The position numbers were made by a program, and so were the translations under genes. Below are positions 38,052 to 46,972 of a stretch of DNA of 46,972 nucleotides, in pieces. Under the pieces are notes generated by a model that saw nothing but the letters and a program-made list of their open reading frames with translations, was not told the DNA's origin and made no database searches. Source of the stretch: Chitinophagaceae bacterium (GTDB lineage: Bacteria > Bacteroidota > Bacteroidia > Chitinophagales > Chitinophagaceae); NCBI GenBank assembly GCA_031425715.1, contig JANPJW010000044.1:1-46972 (forward strand). The letters run 5' to 3'. The stretch's first letter is position 1. Every line of letters begins with the position of its first letter.

Positions 38052-39521
38052 ATGCGATTTTTTCTTTCCCTTTTTTTGTTGGTTTTCGCTGCAAAAGTTT
38101 CTCCTGCTCAACCGGGTTCTCAAAAAATTGTGCAAGTGGGAGCGGGAGAATATTTGACTACTTACCGTACGGACCAGGGTAAACTTTTTCTTACATGCTG
38201 GCGGGCCAACAAATACCAGCTTACAAAACTACCGGTTGAAAGAGTAATGGCAGTAGACGGGGCGCAGTACACCAATATTGCATTAGATAGTAGCGGAGCA
38301 GTTTATATCATAGGAATTCACCCGAATGGCGTTCCTTATGCCAAAGTTGTACCTATAGATGATAAAGGCGATCCGTTTACAGGAAATTCAAATGTATATG
38401 GTTGGTTCCAGGTATATCTAACATTAAAAAACGGCGCTGTCTTTACCTGGGGTGAAGACCTTTTAAAACTTAATGACGGCTTAAAGATTGGGGCTCCAAA
38501 AGCCCTGTCCTCTCCCGTTGGGAAAATAATTAAAAAGCTTGTACCCCTTACAATGGGAGAGCCCTGCCTCATTGCATTAGCCACCGATGGGAGTGTTTGG
38601 AAATATGCAAAAGGTAAACTTAAGCCCGAAAGAGTTAAGCTGCCTGCGCCTGCCAGGGACATAGCTGGTGTGGGTGCTGCATCTATTATTGTAGAAACGG
38701 CCACCGATCTCCTGGCCTGGGGTTACCTCGGATCTTATTTAGGTATAGAGGATATGGGAAATACACCCAGGTCAATCAAAAAGAAGTGGACAGCTGCAGG
38801 TTGCGTTTTTCCCTCTAAAGAACTGGTGGGTAACTACAATACGTTGCATATAATTGATGCAAATAATAACATGTTTGGTGCGGGAGAAAATGTGCAAGGG
38901 GAAATTGGCAACGGCAAGGAATTTCCGGATTGGAAAAATTCCCTGCCCAATTCCTACGCCTGGAACTGGCATCATGGACAGATGATTACTCCCCCCGTGC
39001 AAATCCCGGGAAAGTTTAAAAACTTATGTACCAGTAATTCCATTGCATTTTACCATTATGTACAGGATATGGGAGATAACTGGTATAGTTGGGGACGTAA
39101 TAAGGCTCGCAGCCTTGGCAACGGAATTAGTTTAACTCCGGATGATGAATCCCGGTATCCGAATGCGCTTAATGTGCCCGCTCCCACCCTGGTAACTCCT
39201 CTCACCGTAAAATGGAAATTACACAAAAAGATAAATGAGAGCTTTAAACCACTACCATTAGCCAATGCAGGTGTCAATCAATATATAGATGCCAGTTATA
39301 CCATACTAAATGCGAACAGTTCTTCTCAGCAGGGCGGAAAGATCCTGCAGTATAAATGGACCCAGATTTCAGAAGGGCAGGCAATAATTGAAAATCCAAT
39401 GGCTGCGATTACAAAAGTGACAAATCTTACTTCCGGGGAGCATATGTTTAGATTGAAAATAACCAACGAAATAGGGGAGCAGGCCGAAAGTGAGGTGACT
39501 ATTGTGGTACGCAAGCCTTAG
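38052..39521 (+). CDS. Exported RCC1-like beta-propeller protein with one PKD domain and no T9SS CTD
   Basis: Signal peptide SPA-QP; repeated G.V..WG, ALATDG.VW, FGAGEN..G..G.G and SWGRN...LG.G units; C-terminal ANAG.NQ PKD. Confidence 0.65.
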   Translation: MRFFLSLFLLVFAAKVSPAQPGSQKIVQVGAGEYLTTYRTDQGKLFLTCWRANKYQLTKLPVERVMAVDGAQYTNIALDSSGAVYIIGIHPNGVPYAKVVPIDDKGDPFTGNSNVYGWFQVYLTLKNGAVFTWGEDLLKLNDGLKIGAPKALSSPVGKIIKKLVPLTMGEPCLIALATDGSVWKYAKGKLKPERVKLPAPARDIAGVGAASIIVETATDLLAWGYLGSYLGIEDMGNTPRSIKKKWTAAGCVFPSKELVGNYNTLHIIDANNNMFGAGENVQGEIGNGKEFPDWKNSLPNSYAWNWHHGQMITPPVQIPGKFKNLCTSNSIAFYHYVQDMGDNWYSWGRNKARSLGNGISLTPDDESRYPNALNVPAPTLVTPLTVKWKLHKKINESFKPLPLANAGVNQYIDASYTILNANSSSQQGGKILQYKWTQISEGQAIIENPMAAITKVTNLTSGEHMFRLKITNEIGEQAESEVTIVVRKP

Positions 39522-39575
39522 GTGGAAAAGCAGGAGGCGTGCTACAATTTTTAGTTTTTTAATTCGTAATCCACT

Positions 39576-39605
39576 TTATCCACACCGGCTCATGCCTGTG
39601 GATAA
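39576..39605. promoter_or_regulatory. Inverted pair of perfect DnaA-box 9-mers, also forming a hairpin
   Basis: TTATCCACA (39576-39584), then 12 nt, then TGTGGATAA (39597-39605). Function not determined. Confidence 0.45.
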
Positions 39606-39885
39606 AAAGTTCCTGAACTTCCCATATATTTTATTTCTTTGCCATACTAATCTGCTACTTTACTCGTTAAATGTGAGGAAATAACAACGCTCCTGCTTAT
39701 GTTATTCCTTTCAATACCAAGCTTTGTGAAAATTCTCCTTACACAAGATTTCTATATTACCTAAACACTTTTTATCAAATGATTGGAAGATCAATTGACT
39801 CTTTCAATAGAAATAATTTGTGCCGGCTTCCAGGAAGTTGCCCAGATAAGGCTTACGAAAATCCACTTAGAAAAACCAACAATTA

Positions 39886-42816
39886 ATGAAGAGTTTAATC
39901 ATTCGTGTACTAGGTGCAACAGGGCTATTACTACCCATTGCATCTTTGAATACAGCAGTTGCACAGGAAGTTGTAAAAGTAGGCGCAGGAGAATATTTGA
40001 CAGTCTATTTAATGAGCAACAAGACTGTAAAAGTTTCCAGCCAGGCAACTATTACACCCATACTCACCACTTACCCCGGTCTCGATTCAATCATAGATGT
40101 GCAGGGAGGACAATACCATGTAACTGCTTTAGATGAGCAAGGTAAAGTGTATAAGCTCAATAAGTCAGCGGGTTATACGATGACCAATGTAGATGAATTT
40201 GGTGCAGCTTTTACCGCTAATTTCCAGGTGAGAGGTTTCTGGCAATGCAATGTTTCTTTGAGAGGTGCAGACAGTTCCCTTTGGTACTGGGGTATTGCAG
40301 ATCCTATGAATTACAGGGCAGGGACCACCATAACAGAGCCAATAAAGCTTACCATGCCCGCCGGTAAAAAGTTTAAAAAAGTTGAAACCGGGGCAAGCAC
40401 CTCCCTCAATGATTCCTATATCCTTGCTCTTGCTACAGATAATACTGTGTGGAAGTATAATCGCAACAATGCTAATCCTGTGCAAATTACTGTGGCAGGG
40501 GAAAGCTTTCAGGATATAGCTACCCTTGGAGGAAATGCCCAGGTATTACTCACTCAAAGTAATAAGCTATTTGCAGCCGGATTTCTCAGCAGCTACGTGG
40601 GCACCACGGGCAATAGCAGCACTTTCAGAGATGTAACCGCTGCATGGACAAATGCAGGAATGATATTTCCCATTAAGGAACTGGTTGGGAATTCAAACAC
40701 CCTCCATATTATTGATGCCAACGACCACATGTTCGGCTCGGGAACCAACGTGCAGGGCGAAGTAGGTACTGGTGTCGAATATAGCCCTTATAGGATTGCC
40801 GGCCCGCAGGGTGGTGTCTTTGGCTACGGTTTCAGTAATGGATTACTACTAACACCACCAACCCAAATACAGGGAAAATTTAAAAATCTCAACACATCAA
40901 CTACTATCACTTTCTATCTCCATGTTCAGGATATGGGTAATAACTGGTATAGCTGGGGAAGAAATAAGGCATTTTCATTAAGCAATGGTAAATCATTAGG
41001 CCCCTACGCAGGCTGGGGTGGTATTGGCGATTATGCTGCATACCCTAACGCAATGGACGTACCTATGCCCAAGAGAGTGAATCCAGCTTCACTGGTTTGG
41101 ACGTTGCAAAACTTTAATCCTTTGGCGAGTGTTCCACCCGTTGTTGGTGCAGGAATTAACCAATATATCTCTGTTTCGGCAACTACCCTGTATGGAAAAG
41201 CTTTTCAGCAGGAATATACAATTGCAAGCCAGTCCTGGTCAAAAGTTTCAGGCCCGGCGGGCGGAATTATTGCCAGCCCAAATAGCTTGAATACAAGTAT
41301 TACTTCATTGCAAACGGGGGTATACGTTTATCGTTTATCTGCAACAAACAGCAATGGGCAAACCAGTACTGACGAGGTGAGTGTAATTGTGACTGCCGTA
41401 AATACGCCGCCCACCGCAAATGCCGGACTGGACGCCAACATAACTTTACCAACCAATACAGCAGCATTAAACGGAAGCGGCACAGATGCTGATGGCAGCA
41501 TTACTGCTTACCAGTGGACTAAAATTGCCGGACCTGCTGCAGGTACCATCAGCAATGCCACTGCTGCTGCAACAACAGCAACAGGATTGGTACAGGGTGT
41601 TTATGGTTTTGAATTACGAGTAACAGATAACAGTGGAGCCATCGACCGGGATACCATGCAGGTTACTGTGAATGCGGCCGTGCCCGTGAATCAAGCACCT
41701 ACAGCAAATGCCGGACAGGACGCCAACATAACTTTACCAACCAATACAGCAGCATTAAGCGGTAGCGGCACAGATGCTGATGGCAGCATCACTGCTTACC
41801 AGTGGACTAAAATTGCCGGACCTGCTGCAGGTACCATCAGCAATGCCACTGCTGCTGCAACATCAGCAACAGGATTGGTACAGGGCGTTTATGGTTTTGA
41901 ATTACAAGTAACAGATAACAGTGGAGCCATCGACAGGGATACGGTGCAGGTTACTGTGAATGCGGCCGTGCCCGTGAATCAAGCTCCTACGGCAAATGCC
42001 GGACTGGACGCCAACCTAACTTTACCAACCAATGCAGCAGCATTAAACGGTAGCGGCACCGATGCTGATGGCAGCATCACTGCTTACCAGTGGACTAAAA
42101 TTGCCGGCCCTGCTGCAGGTACAATCAGCAATGCCACTGCTGCTGCAACATCAGCAACAGGATTGGTACAGGGCGTTTACCGCTTCGAAGTACGAGTAAC
42201 GGATAACAGCGGAGCCATAGATAGAGATACCATGCAGGTTAGTGTAAATGCGGCAATGCCCGTGAATCAAGCACCCACAGCAAATGCCGGTAGTCCGATT
42301 AATATTTACTTGCCGGAGGATAGCGCCTCCTTGATTGGAACAGGCCTTGATCCAGATGGCGTTATCGCCTTCTACAAATGGAGAGTTATCTCGGCAGCCG
42401 GTAGCTATTCTTTCAGCAACGTAAATACAGCGCAGACGAAAATTATCAACCTCGAGCAAGGCGTTTATACAATCGAATTGGCGGTGACCGACAACCGCGG
42501 CGCAACCTCATACGATACTACATCTATCTCTGTGGGCAGCAGTCGTCAAAATGTAACCGCCGAATTTGTAAATGTGTATCCAAACCCGGTAACCAGCACT
42601 TTGAATGTAGCGATAGAAAGCCCGGCTAAAGATGAAGCGATCTCAATGACTTTGTTTGATGGTCGGGGATCTTTAGTTTACCTTAAGTTGATTCAGCTGA
42701 GTGGCAACACGAAGTTAGAGAGCATTGATATGACAGGTTTCAAGTCAGGGGTTTATTTCCTGCAAATTGCTTACGCAAATAAAAAACAAATTGTAATGAA
42801 GATCGTACGATTATAA
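39886..42816 (+). CDS. T9SS cargo: RCC1-like propeller, five PKD/Ig domains and type-A CTD
   Basis: Signal peptide AVA-QE; propeller paralogous to 38052-39521; N.PPTANAG.D...GSGTDADG.I..YQWTKI.GP repeats; CTD (VYPNPV...LFDGRG...SGVYFL...KIVRL). Confidence 0.8.
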   Translation: MKSLIIRVLGATGLLLPIASLNTAVAQEVVKVGAGEYLTVYLMSNKTVKVSSQATITPILTTYPGLDSIIDVQGGQYHVTALDEQGKVYKLNKSAGYTMTNVDEFGAAFTANFQVRGFWQCNVSLRGADSSLWYWGIADPMNYRAGTTITEPIKLTMPAGKKFKKVETGASTSLNDSYILALATDNTVWKYNRNNANPVQITVAGESFQDIATLGGNAQVLLTQSNKLFAAGFLSSYVGTTGNSSTFRDVTAAWTNAGMIFPIKELVGNSNTLHIIDANDHMFGSGTNVQGEVGTGVEYSPYRIAGPQGGVFGYGFSNGLLLTPPTQIQGKFKNLNTSTTITFYLHVQDMGNNWYSWGRNKAFSLSNGKSLGPYAGWGGIGDYAAYPNAMDVPMPKRVNPASLVWTLQNFNPLASVPPVVGAGINQYISVSATTLYGKAFQQEYTIASQSWSKVSGPAGGIIASPNSLNTSITSLQTGVYVYRLSATNSNGQTSTDEVSVIVTAVNTPPTANAGLDANITLPTNTAALNGSGTDADGSITAYQWTKIAGPAAGTISNATAAATTATGLVQGVYGFELRVTDNSGAIDRDTMQVTVNAAVPVNQAPTANAGQDANITLPTNTAALSGSGTDADGSITAYQWTKIAGPAAGTISNATAAATSATGLVQGVYGFELQVTDNSGAIDRDTVQVTVNAAVPVNQAPTANAGLDANLTLPTNAAALNGSGTDADGSITAYQWTKIAGPAAGTISNATAAATSATGLVQGVYRFEVRVTDNSGAIDRDTMQVSVNAAMPVNQAPTANAGSPINIYLPEDSASLIGTGLDPDGVIAFYKWRVISAAGSYSFSNVNTAQTKIINLEQGVYTIELAVTDNRGATSYDTTSISVGSSRQNVTAEFVNVYPNPVTSTLNVAIESPAKDEAISMTLFDGRGSLVYLKLIQLSGNTKLESIDMTGFKSGVYFLQIAYANKKQIVMKIVRL
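41401..42290 (+). repeat. Intragenic tandem repeat: 288-bp (96-aa PKD) unit, three full copies plus the start of a fourth
   Basis: Units start at 41401, 41689, 41977 and 42265, with long identical DNA stretches (e.g. ACTGCTTACCAGTGGACTAAAATTGCCGG). Confidence 0.95.
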
Positions 42817-42817
42817 A

Positions 42818-43414
42818 CTATTGATAACAACGATAGAAAGGATGGGTAGCAATAGCCAGCATTTCTTTATCGCCACCAGTATCACCATAACAATATACGT
42901 TACCGAAGTCAGCCAGATTAAATAACTCTTTTATTCTGCTGACTTTTTCCATTCCATTACAGTTCTCACCACGCAATTTTCCGGTTATTCTGTTATCGAT
43001 AAGTTCGAGTCGGCTGGCTATACATTCAATATTGTTCTGTTTGCACCAAACGGCCACCCAATTTTCTGCTGATGCGCTAACCACTACCACAGGTGTTTGC
43101 GCAGCACGGTGCGATTCAATGGCAGCCATCGCTTCCTTTTTAATGAGAGAGGGCAGGCGTTGTGTGGTAAACTCGATGCATTTTTTATCAAACTCCTGGA
43201 TGGACATGCCTCCAAAAAAATAGGCAAGCAATTTTTCCTTAGCTGTTTTTTTTCTCACCAACGAAAGTTTCATAGCAACAAGCCATGGCGATAGCTGGGT
43301 GATTCCTATGAAAAACTTCAGGCCGCCAGAAGTAAAGCGAGCTAACTCCAACATGGTATCTTGTGTTGTTATGGTACCATCAAAATCAAAAAATGCAATA
43401 TTCTTTTTCAACAA
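42818..43414 (-). CDS. HAD-IB family phosphatase (putative polyprenyl-phosphoribose 5'-phosphatase)
   Basis: FDFDGT, VVSAS, NCNG.EK and YGDT.GD motifs; lies directly downstream of the UbiA-family gene. Confidence 0.85.
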   Translation of the reverse strand: MLKKNIAFFDFDGTITTQDTMLELARFTSGGLKFFIGITQLSPWLVAMKLSLVRKKTAKEKLLAYFFGGMSIQEFDKKCIEFTTQRLPSLIKKEAMAAIESHRAAQTPVVVVSASAENWVAVWCKQNNIECIASRLELIDNRITGKLRGENCNGMEKVSRIKELFNLADFGNVYCYGDTGGDKEMLAIATHPFYRCYQ

Positions 43415-43417
43415 AAA

Positions 43418-44305
43418 TTATTTGAAAATTGTAAAATCTTTGAGATATAAAATAAGATAAAAACTAATGATCCATAATAAAATCGTCAATTGTATAAAGC
43501 GGTCCTTGTAAAGGATCTTTGTTGGTGATTGCGAATTTTGTTGTACAAATACGAGTTGAAGGTATCTTAAAATACCAGCGAGTACAAACAGGCAAGTGTA
43601 GTAAAGGCGGTATGTTTGTAATCTTGCAATAATTTCAGGAGATGTTGTGTACATAAAGTAGGCAACTATTATTACTGCACAAATAAGGGAGATTGCGACA
43701 TTGATAAATTCCAGATTGTACCCTTTAACTGATTTGCGCATATCCATACCTGATGATAGCTTTAGCAGCACATCGTCTCTTCTTTTGGCAAGTGCCATGA
43801 ACAAGGCTAACAGAAAGACCATTATCACCAACCACTCACTTAAACCGACGAACGCTATCACCGCACCGGCTTTAACCCGCAACACGAACCCGATAGCCAC
43901 AATGATGATATCAAGAATGGGAATGGTTTTTAGCCCAAAAGAATAACCAAGATTTAATAAAAAATAGATACCCAGAACGAATAAAAATTTATCCCTGATG
44001 AACCATGCAGCAGCAAACCCAAGTAGGAGAAATAAAATGCAAATAAAAATAGCGGTTGTTTTAGATACAGCTCCAGAAGCAAGGGGACGAAATTGTTTGG
44101 TAGGGTGCTTTTTGTCATCTTCAATATCCCTGTAGTCGTTGAGGATATAAATGCTGCTTGCCACCAGGCTGAAACAAAAAAAACCTCCTAACAAATGAAG
44201 GATTGTGTCGAGGCTAAAAATTTTTCCAGCGAAAAAGACAGGAATAAACAAAAACATATTTTTAGCCCAGTCCTTTGGTCTTATCAGTTTAATATAATGT
44301 CTCAT
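43418..44305 (-). CDS. UbiA-family polyprenyl-phosphate phosphoribosyltransferase (Rv3806c/NoeC-like)
   Basis: RPKDWAKN, Y.LND..DIE.D..HP.K..RPLASG, YSF.LK, D.....GFVLR and KRR motifs. Confidence 0.9.
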   Translation of the reverse strand: MRHYIKLIRPKDWAKNMFLFIPVFFAGKIFSLDTILHLLGGFFCFSLVASSIYILNDYRDIEDDKKHPTKQFRPLASGAVSKTTAIFICILFLLLGFAAAWFIRDKFLFVLGIYFLLNLGYSFGLKTIPILDIIIVAIGFVLRVKAGAVIAFVGLSEWLVIMVFLLALFMALAKRRDDVLLKLSSGMDMRKSVKGYNLEFINVAISLICAVIIVAYFMYTTSPEIIARLQTYRLYYTCLFVLAGILRYLQLVFVQQNSQSPTKILYKDRFIQLTILLWIISFYLILYLKDFTIFK

Positions 44306-44332
44306 TTTTTATGCCTTTGAATATGTTGCTGT

Positions 44333-45943
44333 TTATTTTTTTATAAATACTTCTATCATTCCTTGTGTTTCTCCTTTCCTTGGAGCGGGGAAACTATCAA
44401 CGAGTTGATAGTGCCTTTTTAAACTGTCACGCACTCTAAAAGGGTAAAAATTATTCAATGTTGGAATGTATTCGAACAACACAAGGTCGTAGTGATTTTT
44501 CAAAATTCTGGCTTCAAACATCTCAGCTTGCTTGTTAAACATACCTACACCAAAGTGAAACCAAAGGGGATATTCAGGATTATTTTCCAGTCTAAACGGA
44601 ATCTCCTTAGCAAGTGAAGTTAATTCAGACATGTTGAGTACGGTAAGTTCTTTCCTGCTTTTTACCAGGTCCAAATTTTTGACCCTTATAATACCTTCAA
44701 TTGTGGGTGCAGGAAGCGTAATATTTTTCAAGGTCGGCAAATCTGACTCCTTCCATTCATGTATAGGAATACTTTCATCAGCCGGAGATATTTTATAGGT
44801 GTTACGGTCTACGACATTTTCTGTGCTTGACGATACTGCGCTTGAAGTTTCCATGAATGGTTTAATGATAACCTGCATGTATCTCCAATAATTTGGACTC
44901 CACCACAATAACACCATCACTATGCTTATATAAAATGAAGTTGTTTTTTGCATAACCGGCACCACTACTACAAGGCGGTTTAGTATGAAGGCCACAGCAA
45001 AACTATGGAAGAAGATATTGTTATCTGGCGGAACATAACTTGTCACACTAAAGATCAGAGCCTCGGTAATGACAGCAATACAGAGTAAGAAGGGGATAAC
45101 TATTTTCTTGTCGTTTATATTCTTCCTCCATTCTGGCAGGTATGGAAGAGATAGCATAACCATAAGAAAGAGGTAAAATTTTATCCAATGCGACCCGCCG
45201 AAAAATTCCTCGAAAAAATCAATCAGGTGCACCCGGGAGCTATGAGGTGCCTGCCCGTGGTTGAACCAATATTGAAAAGAGGAGGAGTCGGTCATGAACA
45301 CATAGGCTACCAAAAAAAGACCGATGCCCGCAAAATATACCAGCAACGCAATCCACTTTTTTTCTATAATGGCTGAATACAATATCAAAAAACCACAAAT
45401 CAATATTGTTAAGGCGCCAGCATCTTGTTTAGTAAGGAAAGAAAGAATTGAAAAGAAGGAAGCTGCTAAAACATAGAGAAGTGAATATTTACCAGTTGCA
45501 TTATACAGGTGACTAAGCAGAAATGCCAGCGCTACAAGTTCATAAACGATCACGGTATGGTTATACCATGGCCAAAAATTAATAAAGGAAAAAGAGAGTA
45601 TAAAAACTATGAGTGCAATAAACCTTGCATGGGCATCAAATTCCATTTTTTTTAGAATATGACGAAACGAGAGCCCAGACACTATATTTAGAAAAACCTG
45701 CGCTTTTATTAAGCTGAACATCTGGGGCCCAAAAATTTTGAAAAAAAGTGCGGGCACCATCCAGTATACTCCACCAATGGGGGTACCAAAATCACGGAAG
45801 GGAAGTTGGCCATTGCTTACTCTGTAGGCACCCTCCCATGAGAGAAAAATATTTATCCGATAGGGAAGGTTCACAAAAAGCGGGATAAGAGCAAAGAGCA
45901 CAATTAATGATATTTCTATCTTCGGTAGATACTTTGTATTCAT
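44333..45943 (-). CDS. Multi-TM membrane protein, putative GT-C pentosyltransferase
   Basis: WEG.Y....GQLPFRDF..P.G, then about 10 TM helices with FLTKQ and a C-terminal soluble domain; first gene of the ubiA-HAD unit. Confidence 0.6.
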   Translation of the reverse strand: MNTKYLPKIEISLIVLFALIPLFVNLPYRINIFLSWEGAYRVSNGQLPFRDFGTPIGGVYWMVPALFFKIFGPQMFSLIKAQVFLNIVSGLSFRHILKKMEFDAHARFIALIVFILSFSFINFWPWYNHTVIVYELVALAFLLSHLYNATGKYSLLYVLAASFFSILSFLTKQDAGALTILICGFLILYSAIIEKKWIALLVYFAGIGLFLVAYVFMTDSSSFQYWFNHGQAPHSSRVHLIDFFEEFFGGSHWIKFYLFLMVMLSLPYLPEWRKNINDKKIVIPFLLCIAVITEALIFSVTSYVPPDNNIFFHSFAVAFILNRLVVVVPVMQKTTSFYISIVMVLLWWSPNYWRYMQVIIKPFMETSSAVSSSTENVVDRNTYKISPADESIPIHEWKESDLPTLKNITLPAPTIEGIIRVKNLDLVKSRKELTVLNMSELTSLAKEIPFRLENNPEYPLWFHFGVGMFNKQAEMFEARILKNHYDLVLFEYIPTLNNFYPFRVRDSLKRHYQLVDSFPAPRKGETQGMIEVFIKK

Positions 45944-46101
45944 AAGCCAGAGTTCGGTGGTAGAAATATAATTTTATGGGAAAATACATGTTTTGTAGAA
46001 ATAATAGGAAATCAATTCGCTTCTTTTTAAATATTGCTTCCTGGGTATCAAAAATTGGGACTTGCTTCACCCTGCGGCTGCTGGGAAACAGCCCTAAGCA
46101 T

Positions 46102-46132
46102 TTTGCCGCTACTTTATATTGTCATACTTTTG
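46102..46132 (+). promoter_or_regulatory. Bacteroidota sigma70 promoter (-33/-7) for the DprE1-like gene
   Basis: TTTG (46102-46105), then 19 nt, then TACTTTTG (46125-46132): a perfect consensus match. Confidence 0.7.
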
Positions 46133-46230
46133 CGTTGTTAGCCTCATTACACTCCAAGACTTCCTTAAAAACAATTGTATCCTTTAGTTTTCCGGTTTCC
46201 TAATATTACTAATGAACCCAACTCTTTTAA

Positions 46231-46972
46231 ATGAAGAAGCAAATTACAAATTGGGGTAACTACCCAATTCAGGAAGCAGACGACCGGCTTTTTTCTTTTG
46301 ACACAGAACTTAAAAAAACGATTTCAGAGTTTTCTGATTTGATACCGAGAGGTAACGGACGGTGTTATGGAGATGCGTCTTTAGCCGACAAAACAATTAC
46401 AACTACTAGTTTCAATAAAGCGCTTTCTTTTGATAAGGAAAGAGGCTATTTCGAGTGCCAGAGTGGAATCACATTAGATCAGGTATTGGAAATTATTGTG
46501 CCATCAGGATGGTTTTTACCGGTTACTCCAGGTACCAAGTTTATTACTATTGGGGGTGCCATTGCCAGCGATGTTCATGGCAAGAACCACCATGTAGATG
46601 GCTGCTTTTCTAAACATGTGCATGAAATGGATATTTTTCTGGCAAATGGTTCCAAAATAACCTGCGGCCCTGACTTGCATTCAGACATCTTTGAAGCAAC
46701 CTGCGGCGGTATGGGACTAACTGGTCTTATTTCAAGGGTAGTTTTTAGCCTCAAAAAAATAGAGACCTCCTATATCGTTCAAAAACAAATAAAGGCTTCC
46801 AATCTGGACGTAGTGCTCGAACTGTTTGACAAGTATAACCATTACACCTATTCTGTTGCCTGGATTGACTGCCTCAAAAAAGGGAAGCATTTCGGCCGCA
46901 GCATCCTAATGCTCGGCGAGCACGCAAAGCTGAGCGAACTCACAGAAAAGCAGCGAAGAGACCCGCTAAAGC
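46231..46972 (+). CDS. dprE1: DprE1-like FAD oxidoreductase (polyprenylphosphoryl-ribose oxidase), 3'-truncated by the window edge
   Basis: Read by hand: MKKQITNWGNYP...PRGNGRCYGDASL...GWFLPVTPGTKFITIGGAIASDVHGKNHHVDGCF...GGMGLTG...YSVAWIDC. Open to the end of the window; not in the ORF track. Confidence 0.85.
   Translation, partial: MKKQITNWGNYPIQEADDRLFSFDTELKKTISEFSDLIPRGNGRCYGDASLADKTITTTSFNKALSFDKERGYFECQSGITLDQVLEIIVPSGWFLPVTPGTKFITIGGAIASDVHGKNHHVDGCFSKHVHEMDIFLANGSKITCGPDLHSDIFEATCGGMGLTGLISRVVFSLKKIETSYIVQKQIKASNLDVVLELFDKYNHYTYSVAWIDCLKKGKHFGRSILMLGEHAKLSELTEKQRRDPLK

Noticed and set aside
39540-39885. Replication origin, suggested by the DnaA boxes
   Set aside because: Only two perfect boxes, no clear unwinding-element repeats and no origin-associated genes nearby.
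41401-42290. Tandem repeat as a CRISPR array or mobile element
   Set aside because: The units are in-frame 288-bp coding domains with no spacers, terminal repeats, cas genes or transposase.
42810-42825. Convergent stops 1 nt apart with no terminator (possible antisense regulation)
   Set aside because: Common in compact genomes, with no further supporting signal.

Overview
AT-rich bacterial DNA that looks like Bacteroidota, probably Chitinophagaceae-like. Evidence: T9SS type-A C-terminal domains, signal peptides followed by Gln, and a perfect TTTG-N19-TAnnTTTG promoter. About 5-47 kb is one large surface or exopolysaccharide locus. The core is Wzx/Wzy-type: a priming glycosyltransferase fused to a degenerate receiver domain, a stand-alone response regulator, GT2 and GT4 enzymes, a flippase, an O-antigen ligase/Wzy-family protein, and a Wzc-like co-polymerase with a degenerate kinase and no Tyr tail. 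No Wza/OPX or Wzb appears in the window; a half-length TolC-family protein sits in the operon instead. The core is surrounded by tailoring genes: 2 AT3 acyltransferases, 4 SAM methyltransferases, 3 GT-C-like membrane proteins, a polyprenol-phosphate GT2, a mycobacterial-type polyprenyl-phospho-pentose pathway (UbiA-type phosphoribosyltransferase, HAD phosphatase, DprE1-like oxidase) and a GMC/gluconate-DH-subunit-3 sugar dehydrogenase pair. Exported proteins are interleaved: two alpha/beta-hydrolase (esterase-like) T9SS cargos, one of them 2337 aa and multi-domain, and two paralogous RCC1-like propeller/PKD proteins. Three coding regions missing from the ORF track were read by hand: an M48 peptidase 3' end, a 39-aa membrane micro-protein, and a DprE1-like 5' end. 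No rRNA, tRNA, CRISPR array or mobile element was seen. All product calls come from motif recognition by eye; no database searches were run.
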